Assembly: GCA_031385005.1 (NCBI GenBank)
Contig: JANNBB010000026.1
Span: 35,669 to 99,668 of the forward strand
Source: Bacteroidota bacterium
GTDB taxonomy: Bacteria; Bacteroidota; Bacteroidia; AKYH767-A; 2013-40CM-41-45
Reading direction: 5' to 3'
Length of the DNA stretch: 64,000 nt
Shown: positions 19,714 to 28,581 of the stretch, piece by piece
Layout of the letters: each line of letters opens with the position of its first letter
Numbering within the stretch: position 1 is the first letter of the stretch
Position numbers and translations under genes: made by a program
The notes under the pieces: model-generated
Database searches by the model: none
Told to the model about the DNA's origin: nothing
The model's input: only the letters and a program-made list of their open reading frames with translations

Positions 19714-21651
19714 TCAGTCTTTTTCCTCGAACTCTGACAACTGTTCAAATACATCTTCCCATTCGGTAATTACTTTTTTCAATTTCGTCTCCTGCATATT
19801 GAATGCAGCTAAAGCCGATTGAAATTTTTCTTTGTCTTCATAAATAGAAGGATCTGAAAGTTGTTTCTCAAATTTTTCTTTTTCTGCTCTTGCTTTGGCT
19901 AAATCAACTTCCAGTTGCTGGAAACGATTATTCAATTTCTTTAATGCCTTTTTCTGCTCTTCCGTTTCTTTGTTTTCTACCGGCTGTGCTTTTTGCTTTT
20001 CCTTTTCCTGCTTTTCCTTTTGTTGTTGATTTTTTTGATCGGCTCTTTCTTTGTCTTTTCGCTGCGACTGAGAATATTCATATTCATCGTATGGTCCAGG
20101 ATATTCTTTTACATGATGATTCTCTATCCACCAGATTTTATTGGCAACCTGTGAAAGAAAATAACGGTCGTGCGATACAATAATAAAAGTGCCTTCATAT
20201 TCCTGCAACACCTTAATTAAAATTCCCACCGATTGCATGTCCAGGTGATTCGTGGGCTCATCGAGAATTAAAAAATTGGCTTTGCTCAAAATAGTTTTTG
20301 CCAATGCGACACGCGATTTTTCTCCTCCGGAAAGGACTTTTATTTTTTTGAATACATCATCTCCTGAAAACAAAAATGCACCTAATATACCTCTAAGCTC
20401 AACTTCCTTCTTATCCGGAGCATATAAAATGAGTTCTGTAATGAGGTCGTTATTTAAGCCAAGCGCTTCTAACTGATGCTGCGCATAAAAAGATGGAATC
20501 ACATTATGCGTCATTTCCGAGGCGCCTTCATAGGGCTCATTGCCATTGATCATCCGAAGTAAAGTTGATTTTCCTCTTCCGTTAGCACCGATCAATGCAA
20601 TCTTATCACCCCGCATTATCTTTGTCTCTGTGTTCTTTAAAATATTCTGTGCTCCATAACTTTTGTTTTTTATATGAAGTTGAGAAATAAGCTTTCCCGG
20701 CTGCTTTTCAATTTGAAAACGGATATTGATATCCGGCGTGCCTGAATCAACGTCTTCAATTTTATCCAACTTATCCAACTTTTTAATCCGCGATTGCGCC
20801 ATTTTGGCTTTGGATGCTTTCGCACGGAAACGATCAATTAATTTCTCCTGCTCCTTAATATAGGTTTGCTGATTTCTGAATTGCGAACGCTGTAACTCTT
20901 CCCGTCCTGTTTTTTCAGATAGGTAAAAAGTATAATTTCCATTGTAAACATTAATCTTCTGCTGAGAAATTTCCGCAATCTTGGTTACGATATTGTCTAG
21001 AAAGTACCTGTCATGGGAAACAATTACAACTGTGCCCTTATAATTCTTCAGATAATTTTCTATCCATTGTATGGAAGGAAGATCCAGGTGATTCGTTGGC
21101 TCATCGAGTAATAACAGTTCCGGGTTTTGCAACATCATCTTAGCTAACATGACTCGCATTCGCCATCCTCCGGAAAACTGACTAAGCGCCTTTCCTAACT
21201 CTTCAGTGGTGAATCCAAGACCTTCTAATAAGGCTTCTGTTTTGGGCCTGATGTTGTAACCGTCTGCCGCATCAAACAAAACCTGCTTATCGTGTAACTC
21301 ATGGAGTATCTCTTCACTGTGGTCGTGTTCCATCTTCTCAAGCAAGGCATGAATTTCCTTGTCCAGTTTCAACGTATCACCAAATGCCTGCATGGCTACT
21401 TCTAAAATAGTCTCATCACTTGAATAGCTGAGTAAATCCTGATTCAAAAATCCGATGGTGAGATTTTTTATCTTGCTGATCTCCCCACTCTCTAAGGCAT
21501 ACTCGCCATTAATGATTCTCAATAAAGTAGATTTTCCTGTTCCATTCAGTCCAACCAAGCCGATTTTTTCTCCCGGATTAATTTGCCAGGTAGCATCTTT
21601 ATACAAATACCGGCCGCCAAATTCAAAAGCAATATTATTTACTGTTAACAT
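19714..21651 (-). CDS. ABC-F family ATPase (two ATP-binding cassettes, no TM domain) with a long charged coiled-coil C-terminal tail
   Basis: Two Walker A sites (GLVGLNGTGKST, ALIGANGRGKST), two ABC signatures (LSGGWRMRV, LSGGEKSRV), and a K/E-rich C-terminal extension (QKEKQEKEKQKAQPVENKETEEQKK). Confidence 0.85.
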   Translation of the reverse strand: MLTVNNIAFEFGGRYLYKDATWQINPGEKIGLVGLNGTGKSTLLRIINGEYALESGEISKIKNLTIGFLNQDLLSYSSDETILEVAMQAFGDTLKLDKEIHALLEKMEHDHSEEILHELHDKQVLFDAADGYNIRPKTEALLEGLGFTTEELGKALSQFSGGWRMRVMLAKMMLQNPELLLLDEPTNHLDLPSIQWIENYLKNYKGTVVIVSHDRYFLDNIVTKIAEISQQKINVYNGNYTFYLSEKTGREELQRSQFRNQQTYIKEQEKLIDRFRAKASKAKMAQSRIKKLDKLDKIEDVDSGTPDINIRFQIEKQPGKLISQLHIKNKSYGAQNILKNTETKIMRGDKIALIGANGRGKSTLLRMINGNEPYEGASEMTHNVIPSFYAQHQLEALGLNNDLITELILYAPDKKEVELRGILGAFLFSGDDVFKKIKVLSGGEKSRVALAKTILSKANFLILDEPTNHLDMQSVGILIKVLQEYEGTFIIVSHDRYFLSQVANKIWWIENHHVKEYPGPYDEYEYSQSQRKDKERADQKNQQQKEKQEKEKQKAQPVENKETEEQKKALKKLNNRFQQLEVDLAKARAEKEKFEKQLSDPSIYEDKEKFQSALAAFNMQETKLKKVITEWEDVFEQLSEFEEKD

Positions 21652-21917
21652 AGGCGCAAAAATCACAATTCTCAAGCGATATACAAAGGATGTTTTTTTA
21701 TTTAAAGCAATTCATTTTTAAAACCGCGCTGTTTTCTCTTTTAGATGAATGCTGATTGAATACAGAAAATGCATTGCTGGGATTTAGAGATTAATCAGAC
21801 GTTCATTTGTTTTACTCACTTAATCAGCTGTTGAAGACTGAATATTAGCTATTTAACTATGAAGTACTTGAAAGAAAATATAGATAAACAATGCATCAAA
21901 AAGAAGAATAATTTTTA

Positions 21918-21925
21918 TACTTTTG
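21918..21925 (+). promoter_or_regulatory. Bacteroidota -7 promoter element (TAnnTTTG)
   Basis: TACTTTTG lies 27 nt upstream of the DUF3078 gene ATG. Confidence 0.35.
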
Positions 21926-21952
21926 CAACCCTAAAAACCTTAAATAATAATT

Positions 21953-22807
21953 ATGAAAAAGAAAAGTATCCTAACATTTATTTCGTTTTTGTTTGCAGTT
22001 TCCGTTTTCGGACAAGCTGCTCCTGATACATCCTGGAAAAACGGTGGATTCATCGGAGTAAATTTCAATCAGATTAATTTATCGCAATGGTCACAAGGGG
22101 GTGAAAATTCCTTGTCTCTTTCCAGCAATGTGAATTTATTTGCCAACTATGCAAAAGACAAGACGGAATGGTCGAATATATTGGATTTGGGCTATGGATT
22201 ATTAAAATCCGGAACTCAAGGTGTACGTAAAAACGATGATAAAATCGATTTTACTTCTAAATACGGACACAAAATGAGTGCTCATTGGCTGTATAGCGCT
22301 TTATTCAATTTCAAAAGCCAGTTTGCAAACGGATACGCTTATCCAAATGATTCATTCGTTATTTCTAAATTTCTTGCTCCCGGATATTTCACATTGGCAC
22401 TCGGTTTCACTTACAAGCCGGTTGATTATTTTGAAGTATTTATCTCTCCAGCTACAGGAAAAATTACCATGGTTTCTGATACGAAACTTTCTGATTTAGG
22501 TGCTTATGGTGTTGATCCGGGAAAATCAACCCGTAATGAATTCGGTGCTTATTTGAATATGAAATTCAAAAAAGACATCATGGAAAACATTACACTAGCT
22601 ACGAAACTTGAATTGTTCAACAATTACACTGATAAGGACAAGAACAATGCAAAGAAAATAGATGTAAACTGGGAATCATCTTTACTTATGAAAATCAACA
22701 ACTTATTCACAGCTTCACTCAACACCGTAGTAATTTATGATGCAAACGTTGTAGAAAGAACACAATTCAAAGAAGTATTTGGCGTCGGTTTCGGATATAA
22801 ATTCTAA
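21953..22807 (+). CDS. DUF3078 domain-containing outer-membrane beta-barrel protein
   Basis: A signal peptide precedes SWKNGGFIGVNFNQINLSQWSQGGENS, the DUF3078 hallmark. The protein ends in aromatic residues (GFGYKF). Confidence 0.75.
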   Translation: MKKKSILTFISFLFAVSVFGQAAPDTSWKNGGFIGVNFNQINLSQWSQGGENSLSLSSNVNLFANYAKDKTEWSNILDLGYGLLKSGTQGVRKNDDKIDFTSKYGHKMSAHWLYSALFNFKSQFANGYAYPNDSFVISKFLAPGYFTLALGFTYKPVDYFEVFISPATGKITMVSDTKLSDLGAYGVDPGKSTRNEFGAYLNMKFKKDIMENITLATKLELFNNYTDKDKNNAKKIDVNWESSLLMKINNLFTASLNTVVIYDANVVERTQFKEVFGVGFGYKF

Positions 22808-22838
22808 TTTGATACAGGAACTCATTTATTTAATTTTG

Positions 22839-22872
22839 AAAACCGGAGGAGCGTTGCTTCTCCGGTTTTTTT
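22839..22872 (+). terminator. Rho-independent terminator
   Basis: Long stem AACCGGAGGAG / CTTCTCCGGTT followed by T7. Confidence 0.7.
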
Positions 22873-23004
22873 ATGACTACCTTGTCATCAGATTAATTTT
22901 TTACAAATCGAATATTGCAATAGAAAATTCATTTTTCAGGTTCAATTAAAAAATGCATCTTCGTAATTAATAATCATTCATAAAACCTTAACTCCTAATA
23001 ACAC

Positions 23005-23556
23005 ATGCCAGAAAATTCTCGCATTATACTTATTGAAAAAGAAGAGGACATTTTCCCTCAATATAGAAACACTCCTATCGGACATTTGCTGGAATATCAT
23101 AACCTCGACAGACCATACATTGATTATACTTCTGCAGAGGTTTTAATCGGTATGTGTATGGATAGTCGTAAACATTTACACATCCCTGAGAATTTTGCAT
23201 ACATAATTCGTTCCGGAGGAGGAAACCTGCGTTATTCTGAATTCAGAGTTTCTTACGCCATTGCTGTCGGAGGAGTCAAATCGATTGCTCTTATTGGGCA
23301 CAATAACTGCGGCATGGTTAACCTGATGGCCAGAAAAGAACAATTTATTCGCGGCCTGGTTGAAAATGCCGGTTGGCCAAGAGAAGAAGCCGAAGATCAT
23401 TTCTATCATTTTGAGCCCATGCATGAAATCGGCAATGAAGTGGATTTTATTTGCAGTGAAGCAAAGCGTATGAGATTACGCTATCCTAAAATACTGGTCG
23501 CTCCAATGCTTTACAAAATTGAAAGCACAAAACTTTTTCTTATTAAAGAAGACTAA
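23005..23556 (+). CDS. Beta-class carbonic anhydrase-like protein (short form)
   Basis: Zinc-ligand motifs CMDSR (CxDxR) and HNNCG (HxxC) occur with appropriate spacing. Confidence 0.6.
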   Translation: MPENSRIILIEKEEDIFPQYRNTPIGHLLEYHNLDRPYIDYTSAEVLIGMCMDSRKHLHIPENFAYIIRSGGGNLRYSEFRVSYAIAVGGVKSIALIGHNNCGMVNLMARKEQFIRGLVENAGWPREEAEDHFYHFEPMHEIGNEVDFICSEAKRMRLRYPKILVAPMLYKIESTKLFLIKED

Positions 23557-23660
23557 AGCGATTACCCGAATTTCTTTTCACTCGCTTATATTGTGAAATA
23601 CTTTTTAATTATCAGTTAGAAAAACCTCCGGCACTGAGAATTAAGGGTTATTTTTGCACT

Positions 23661-25091
23661 ATGAATTTACGACTGCTCATACTTTGTCTGGTTGTTTTAA
23701 CTTCCTGCTTCTCATCATCATTTGGTGAACAACAATTCAATATGACAGGAACCATAGGCAACATTGAAAGTGCCTATACAGTTTTAACGAAAGATCCGGC
23801 ACAAAAATTTCTGATCGCAGGCGATGCATTGGGTTTTCTTTATTTTCATGATTTGAAAAGTGGGATATTGCTCAATAAAATTAAAGCTCATCAATCGGCG
23901 GTAAATCAATTGCAATTTAATTCTACCGGAAAACTTCTCATCTCCACAACATTCGACGGTGAAATAAAAATTTATGATTTCAGTAAAGAAAAAATCATTC
24001 AAGCCATTTATTCTCCTGATTATACAGGAATACATTTTGTGCTTTTTTCAATTGCAGACGGATTCATTTATTTTAATGGAAACAACCGCCTTTATAAAAC
24101 CCGATCTGACCTTACTCAGAAAGTCGATATGGTATTCTCTGAAAATGATACCATCAAGGATGCAGTAATAACAAGCGACAGAAGCGCTTTGATTTACGCT
24201 TGTGGGGGAAAATTAAAAATCGTCAATACCCGCACCGATCAGATCACACAGGAATTGTCAACAGGAATAAACCGAATAGAAAAAATTGCTCTCGTTAAAG
24301 ATTCTCTGCTTGCAACGTGGAGTCAGGATGGTACGATTTACTATTGGAAATACAACCTCGGACAAGTCGAAACTGTTCCTTCTTTTTTTTTAAAAGCCGG
24401 AAACCCAACAAGCATGAGCTTTTCTGATGATGGTCGATTTATGAGCAGCGGAAACATTGGCAACTGGGCCCGGGTCTGGAAGCCCATGGAGAGAAAAATA
24501 ATTCAGGAACTTTTCGCCCATACCAAAACCGTAACATCCACTTGTTTCGGAATTAATAGCCACTTCGTTTTCACTGCTGGCATGGACGGCAAATTGATTC
24601 TCTGGCGAAACGATACGCTACCTCCTTCTATCGTCGACACAATTAAAACGAAACCGGTTGTACAAGAATTAATAAAACCTACGGTAATTGATGTCGCCAC
24701 AGAAAAATCGGAAATTGTAATTGATGCAGCCAATATTCCCAGGATAATCTCCGGCAGAAATGTAATTTCCAATCAAAAAATAGAAACTACATCATCCGAA
24801 ATAAAAATCTTTGTTTTCGATAATTCCTATAACGATGGCGATACCATGTCACTGTTTTTTAACGGAATTTGGATTCTGGATCATTATGGCGTTACCAAAA
24901 TCAAAAAAGAAATAAAACTGCAATTAACTCCGAATACGAACAACTATTTAGTTCTTTTTGCCAATAATTTAGGTAAAAAGCCACCGAATACGGCTGCAAT
25001 CGAGTTTCAGGATGAGAAATCGAAAAGAATATTCCGATTGAGTTCAGACTTAAAGAGTTGCAGTGCAATAAATTTCTATTATAAAAAGTAA
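23661..25091 (+). CDS. WD40/beta-propeller repeat lipoprotein
   Basis: Lipobox LTSC. There are several WD-like blades (LATWSQDGTIYYWKY, FTAGMDGKLILWRND, STTFDGEIKIYDF). Confidence 0.6.
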   Translation: MNLRLLILCLVVLTSCFSSSFGEQQFNMTGTIGNIESAYTVLTKDPAQKFLIAGDALGFLYFHDLKSGILLNKIKAHQSAVNQLQFNSTGKLLISTTFDGEIKIYDFSKEKIIQAIYSPDYTGIHFVLFSIADGFIYFNGNNRLYKTRSDLTQKVDMVFSENDTIKDAVITSDRSALIYACGGKLKIVNTRTDQITQELSTGINRIEKIALVKDSLLATWSQDGTIYYWKYNLGQVETVPSFFLKAGNPTSMSFSDDGRFMSSGNIGNWARVWKPMERKIIQELFAHTKTVTSTCFGINSHFVFTAGMDGKLILWRNDTLPPSIVDTIKTKPVVQELIKPTVIDVATEKSEIVIDAANIPRIISGRNVISNQKIETTSSEIKIFVFDNSYNDGDTMSLFFNGIWILDHYGVTKIKKEIKLQLTPNTNNYLVLFANNLGKKPPNTAAIEFQDEKSKRIFRLSSDLKSCSAINFYYKK

Positions 25092-25156
25092 ATTCCCATT
25101 TTGAATCAGAAAATTTATAGTATTTTTCCACTCTAAAATCAAAATAAAACGATACA

Positions 25157-26482
25157 ATGAAAAAAATCATTACACTTATTTCATTATTAATAATTCTTGT
25201 AACTTTAGACCTCCGGGCACAAACATGGTTAGATATGGCAACAGGCCTTGGTGTATCAACTGAATCGGTAAAAGCAATTGCAGTTGCTCCCAATGGGACT
25301 ATTTATGCTGGCGGAACTTTTACAAATGCTACAAATTCTGCATTAAGTTATCTGGCTAAATGGAGTGGCACGGCTTGGGAAGCTGTTGGAACAGGAGTAA
25401 ACGGACCCGTGTATTCAATTGGAATTAAAACATCTTCTGAGGTATTTGTTGGCGGTGCTTTCACTTCTGCAGGAGGAGTTGCAGTAAACAACGTTGCAAA
25501 ATGGTCAGGATCCACCTGGTCAGACCTTGGCGGAGGTTTTAACGATCAGGTAAGCTGTATTTATGTGAGTTCAGTAACCGGCTCTGTATATGCAGGAGGG
25601 AAATTTTCTCTCTCAGGAACTACGGCTATGAACCACATTTCTAAATTGAATGGCACTACCTGGACTGCACTTGGCTCTGGAATTAGTTCCAGCGTTAATG
25701 CAATCATGGAAAATAATAGTATTCTTTATGCAGGAACTGAAGCATTATCTGCTCCCGTAAAAAAATTCGACGGATCTACATGGAGCGATGTTGCCGGTTT
25801 ATCGAGCGGAAAAGTATATGCTCTCGCATCTTTCAATAGCCAATTGTATGCCGGTGGAGATTTCTCTTCCCCTACTTTTGCAGCAGCACGTTACGATGGC
25901 ACCAATTGGAATACAATTGTTACTACGTTTGCTTCCGGTGATAAAGTATATGCCATGTTATCACGTTTTGGAATATTATACATCGGTGGTAAATTTTCAA
26001 ACCTCGGCATACCGGGATCACAATCGTCTAATGCTGCAAGAAAAATGTCTGCCAACAACCCTATTCAATCGATTACAGCTACTTCAAGTACTATCAATGA
26101 CGAAGTTTATGCAATCGGAAATCAGTCCGGCAAAGTAATTGTTGGCGGAAAATTCACCAACTTCAACCACATTGCCATTACTTCAACGACCATTGGAGTT
26201 GAAGAAATCAGCAGCCTTGTTTCAGGGTATAATTTTTATCCGAATCCGGTTAGTTCAAAAGCAAACCTGACTGTTCAAACAACTGAGAATCTTAAAAATC
26301 CTGCATTAAAAATCTTTGATTTACAATCCAGAATCATTGATAATCTGAACATCGATAGCTCAACCAATGGAAATGAAATTAATTTTTCTATTGATTGCAG
26401 CAGTTTACCAAAAGGAACCTACTATTATCTGCTTACTGATGAAGGCAACAATGTTCTTTCCCGTCAGTTTATCGTAGAATAA
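25157..26482 (+). CDS. Secreted repeat (delta-60/SBBP-like beta-propeller) protein with a T9SS C-terminal sorting domain
   Basis: Signal peptide. About 8 tandem ~50-aa repeats centred on the motif YAGG(T/K/D)F...W. A C-terminal T9SS CTD (YPNPVSSKANLTVQ...KGTYYYLLTDEGNNVLSRQFIVE). Confidence 0.75.
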   Translation: MKKIITLISLLIILVTLDLRAQTWLDMATGLGVSTESVKAIAVAPNGTIYAGGTFTNATNSALSYLAKWSGTAWEAVGTGVNGPVYSIGIKTSSEVFVGGAFTSAGGVAVNNVAKWSGSTWSDLGGGFNDQVSCIYVSSVTGSVYAGGKFSLSGTTAMNHISKLNGTTWTALGSGISSSVNAIMENNSILYAGTEALSAPVKKFDGSTWSDVAGLSSGKVYALASFNSQLYAGGDFSSPTFAAARYDGTNWNTIVTTFASGDKVYAMLSRFGILYIGGKFSNLGIPGSQSSNAARKMSANNPIQSITATSSTINDEVYAIGNQSGKVIVGGKFTNFNHIAITSTTIGVEEISSLVSGYNFYPNPVSSKANLTVQTTENLKNPALKIFDLQSRIIDNLNIDSSTNGNEINFSIDCSSLPKGTYYYLLTDEGNNVLSRQFIVE

Positions 26483-26503
26483 ACATTCAATAAATTATTT
26501 ATA

Positions 26504-26535
26504 GGGGCCGTGTTTATTACATGGCCCTTTTTTTT
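26504..26535 (+). terminator. Rho-independent terminator
   Basis: Stem GGGGCCGTG / CATGGCCC followed by T8. Confidence 0.7.
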
Positions 26536-26610
26536 GTGTAAATTACCTTGGAAATCAACTAGACTCTCTTTCAAAATTTAATCGTATTTTAGATCAGCTA
26601 AATTTCTCCA

Positions 26611-27987
26611 ATGAAGTATGCAATTATTGATATAGAAACTACCGGCAGTAATGCAGGTACCGGTCGCATTACCGAAATCGCCATCTATATACATGACGGT
26701 AAATCTATTGTCGATGAGTTTTGTAGTCTGATTAATCCGGAATGTGAAATTCCTCCATTTATTTCAAAGCTAACCGGAATTACCAATGAAATGGTTGAAA
26801 ATGCGCCAAAATTTTATGAGATAGCCAAACAAATCGTCGACATTACTGAAGACACCATTTTTGTAGCTCACAACGCTACTTTCGATTATAATTTTATCAG
26901 GCAAGAATATAAGTCACTCGGTTATAAATACGATAAAAGTTATTTATGCACCCTTCAGATGAGCAGGCAACTTATTCCCGGACACCCCTCCTACAGTCTT
27001 GGAAAGTTGTGTAGAAATTTGAATATTGAAATCGAAAATCGCCACCGTGCGCATGGCGATGCATTGGCTACGTCCAAACTTTTTGAATTGATTTTAAAAA
27101 GCAGCAATTCCGAAAATTTTCCCGAAGAGTTTATTCGGAACGATTATATGAATCTTCGCTTTCCTCCGGGATTTAACAGAAAAATTATTGAACAACTTCC
27201 TGAAAATTCCGGTGTCTATTATTTCCACGACTCCGCCGGAATTGTACTTTATATTGGGAAAAGCAAAAACATCAAAAAAAGAGTTTTAACTCATTTTAGT
27301 AATAAACAAACCCGTAGAGCAATTGAATTGCGAAATTCAATTTGCGACATAACATTCGAAGAAACAGGAAATGAATTAATCGCCCTCTTACTCGAATCTC
27401 AAGAAATCAAAAATCAAAAACCTTTTTATAACCGTAAACAAAAAGGCTCCTATCAAAATTATCACCTTATCTATTTTTACGATGAGCAGAGATATTTAAA
27501 TCTTGCCATCTCAAAAAAAATAGATGGTGCTGAATTACTTTGCACGTTAAATTCAAACGAAGAAGCTGAGGCGATACTGGAAAAACTCGTTTTGAAATTC
27601 GATCTTTGCAAAAAACATTGCGGAGCGCATGACATTTCACATTCTTGTTTTAGCTATTCCGTAAAACAATGTAAAGGCGCTTGCATCGGAAAAGAATCGC
27701 CTGAAAGCTACAATGAAAGAGTAAAAAAGGCCATTGAGACACAGAAATTCGAAAATCAAAATTTCATGATCATCGGAACAGGTCGAATCGAAAAAGAAAA
27801 ATCAATTGTCCATGTTGAAAAAGGCAAATACATGGGATTCGGTTATTTTGAACCGGAACTCTCCGGCGAAAATCCTGAAATTCTGAAATCTTTTATCAAA
27901 CCCGCAAACGATAACCGCGATGTCCGTCAGATAATCCGTTCATACATAAAAAAACCGGGTACCCAAGCACAGATCATTCATCATTAA
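26611..27987 (+). CDS. DnaQ-like 3'-5' exonuclease domain fused to a GIY-YIG nuclease domain
   Basis: Exo I motif IIDIETTG, Exo II FVAHNATFDYNF and Exo III HRAHGDALAT, then a GIY-YIG motif (GVYYFHDSAGIVLYIGKSKNIKKRVLTHF). Confidence 0.8.
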   Translation: MKYAIIDIETTGSNAGTGRITEIAIYIHDGKSIVDEFCSLINPECEIPPFISKLTGITNEMVENAPKFYEIAKQIVDITEDTIFVAHNATFDYNFIRQEYKSLGYKYDKSYLCTLQMSRQLIPGHPSYSLGKLCRNLNIEIENRHRAHGDALATSKLFELILKSSNSENFPEEFIRNDYMNLRFPPGFNRKIIEQLPENSGVYYFHDSAGIVLYIGKSKNIKKRVLTHFSNKQTRRAIELRNSICDITFEETGNELIALLLESQEIKNQKPFYNRKQKGSYQNYHLIYFYDEQRYLNLAISKKIDGAELLCTLNSNEEAEAILEKLVLKFDLCKKHCGAHDISHSCFSYSVKQCKGACIGKESPESYNERVKKAIETQKFENQNFMIIGTGRIEKEKSIVHVEKGKYMGFGYFEPELSGENPEILKSFIKPANDNRDVRQIIRSYIKKPGTQAQIIHH

Positions 27988-28008
27988 TTCTACTCAATCC
28001 TCCTCGTC

Positions 28009-28581
28009 TTGAAAATCTATTTTATCCAATTTATACTTCTGCTTTCTTATTCCGGTTCAATTGCCCAAAGTTCTATTTTTCAAAACAGTTTACCGGATAT
28101 TGAAAATAAATCATTTTCTTTTTCCACGCTGCAACACAAAAAAGGAACAGTTATTGTTTTTCTATTGAGTGATTGCCCGGCCACTCAGGATTATACACGT
28201 TCGTTAAATATTCTTTCTAAAACCTATCTCTCCAATAACATTTCATTTGTCGGAATATTTCCGGGGAAATTCTCTTCAGACAGCGAACTGCTTGCCTTTC
28301 AGAAAATTTATAAATTAAATTTTCCATTATTAAAAGACAGCGAAATGACTCTGGCCAAATTCTTACAGGCGAAAACAGTACCCTCCTGCTATCTTTTAAA
28401 TGATACAGGCGAGATTGTCTATCAAGGAAGAATTGATGACTGGCTTTTTGCCCTCGGACGTAAAAAGAAAAGCGCTACTCAAAAAGATTTAGAAAATGCA
28501 ATTATCAGTTTAATAAAAAATCAACCCATAAAAATACCGGTAACACAGCCCATTGGATGTATTCTTGAATATGAAGATTAA
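28009..28581 (+). CDS. Thioredoxin-fold (redoxin/TlpA-like) protein with an atypical monothiol Cys-Pro-Ala-Thr motif, secreted
   Basis: Signal peptide. VIVFLLSDCPATQ sits where the WCxxC motif normally lies. Thioredoxin-like topology. The 3' end overlaps the next gene by about 29 bp. Confidence 0.6.
   Translation: MKIYFIQFILLLSYSGSIAQSSIFQNSLPDIENKSFSFSTLQHKKGTVIVFLLSDCPATQDYTRSLNILSKTYLSNNISFVGIFPGKFSSDSELLAFQKIYKLNFPLLKDSEMTLAKFLQAKTVPSCYLLNDTGEIVYQGRIDDWLFALGRKKKSATQKDLENAIISLIKNQPIKIPVTQPIGCILEYED

Noticed and set aside
19950-20060. Apparent simple-sequence repeat (ttttcc/ttttgc units) suggestive of a microsatellite or CRISPR-like periodicity
   Set aside because: It is the coding sequence for the K/E-rich tail of the ABC-F protein. 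It has no spacer-repeat architecture and no flanking cas genes.
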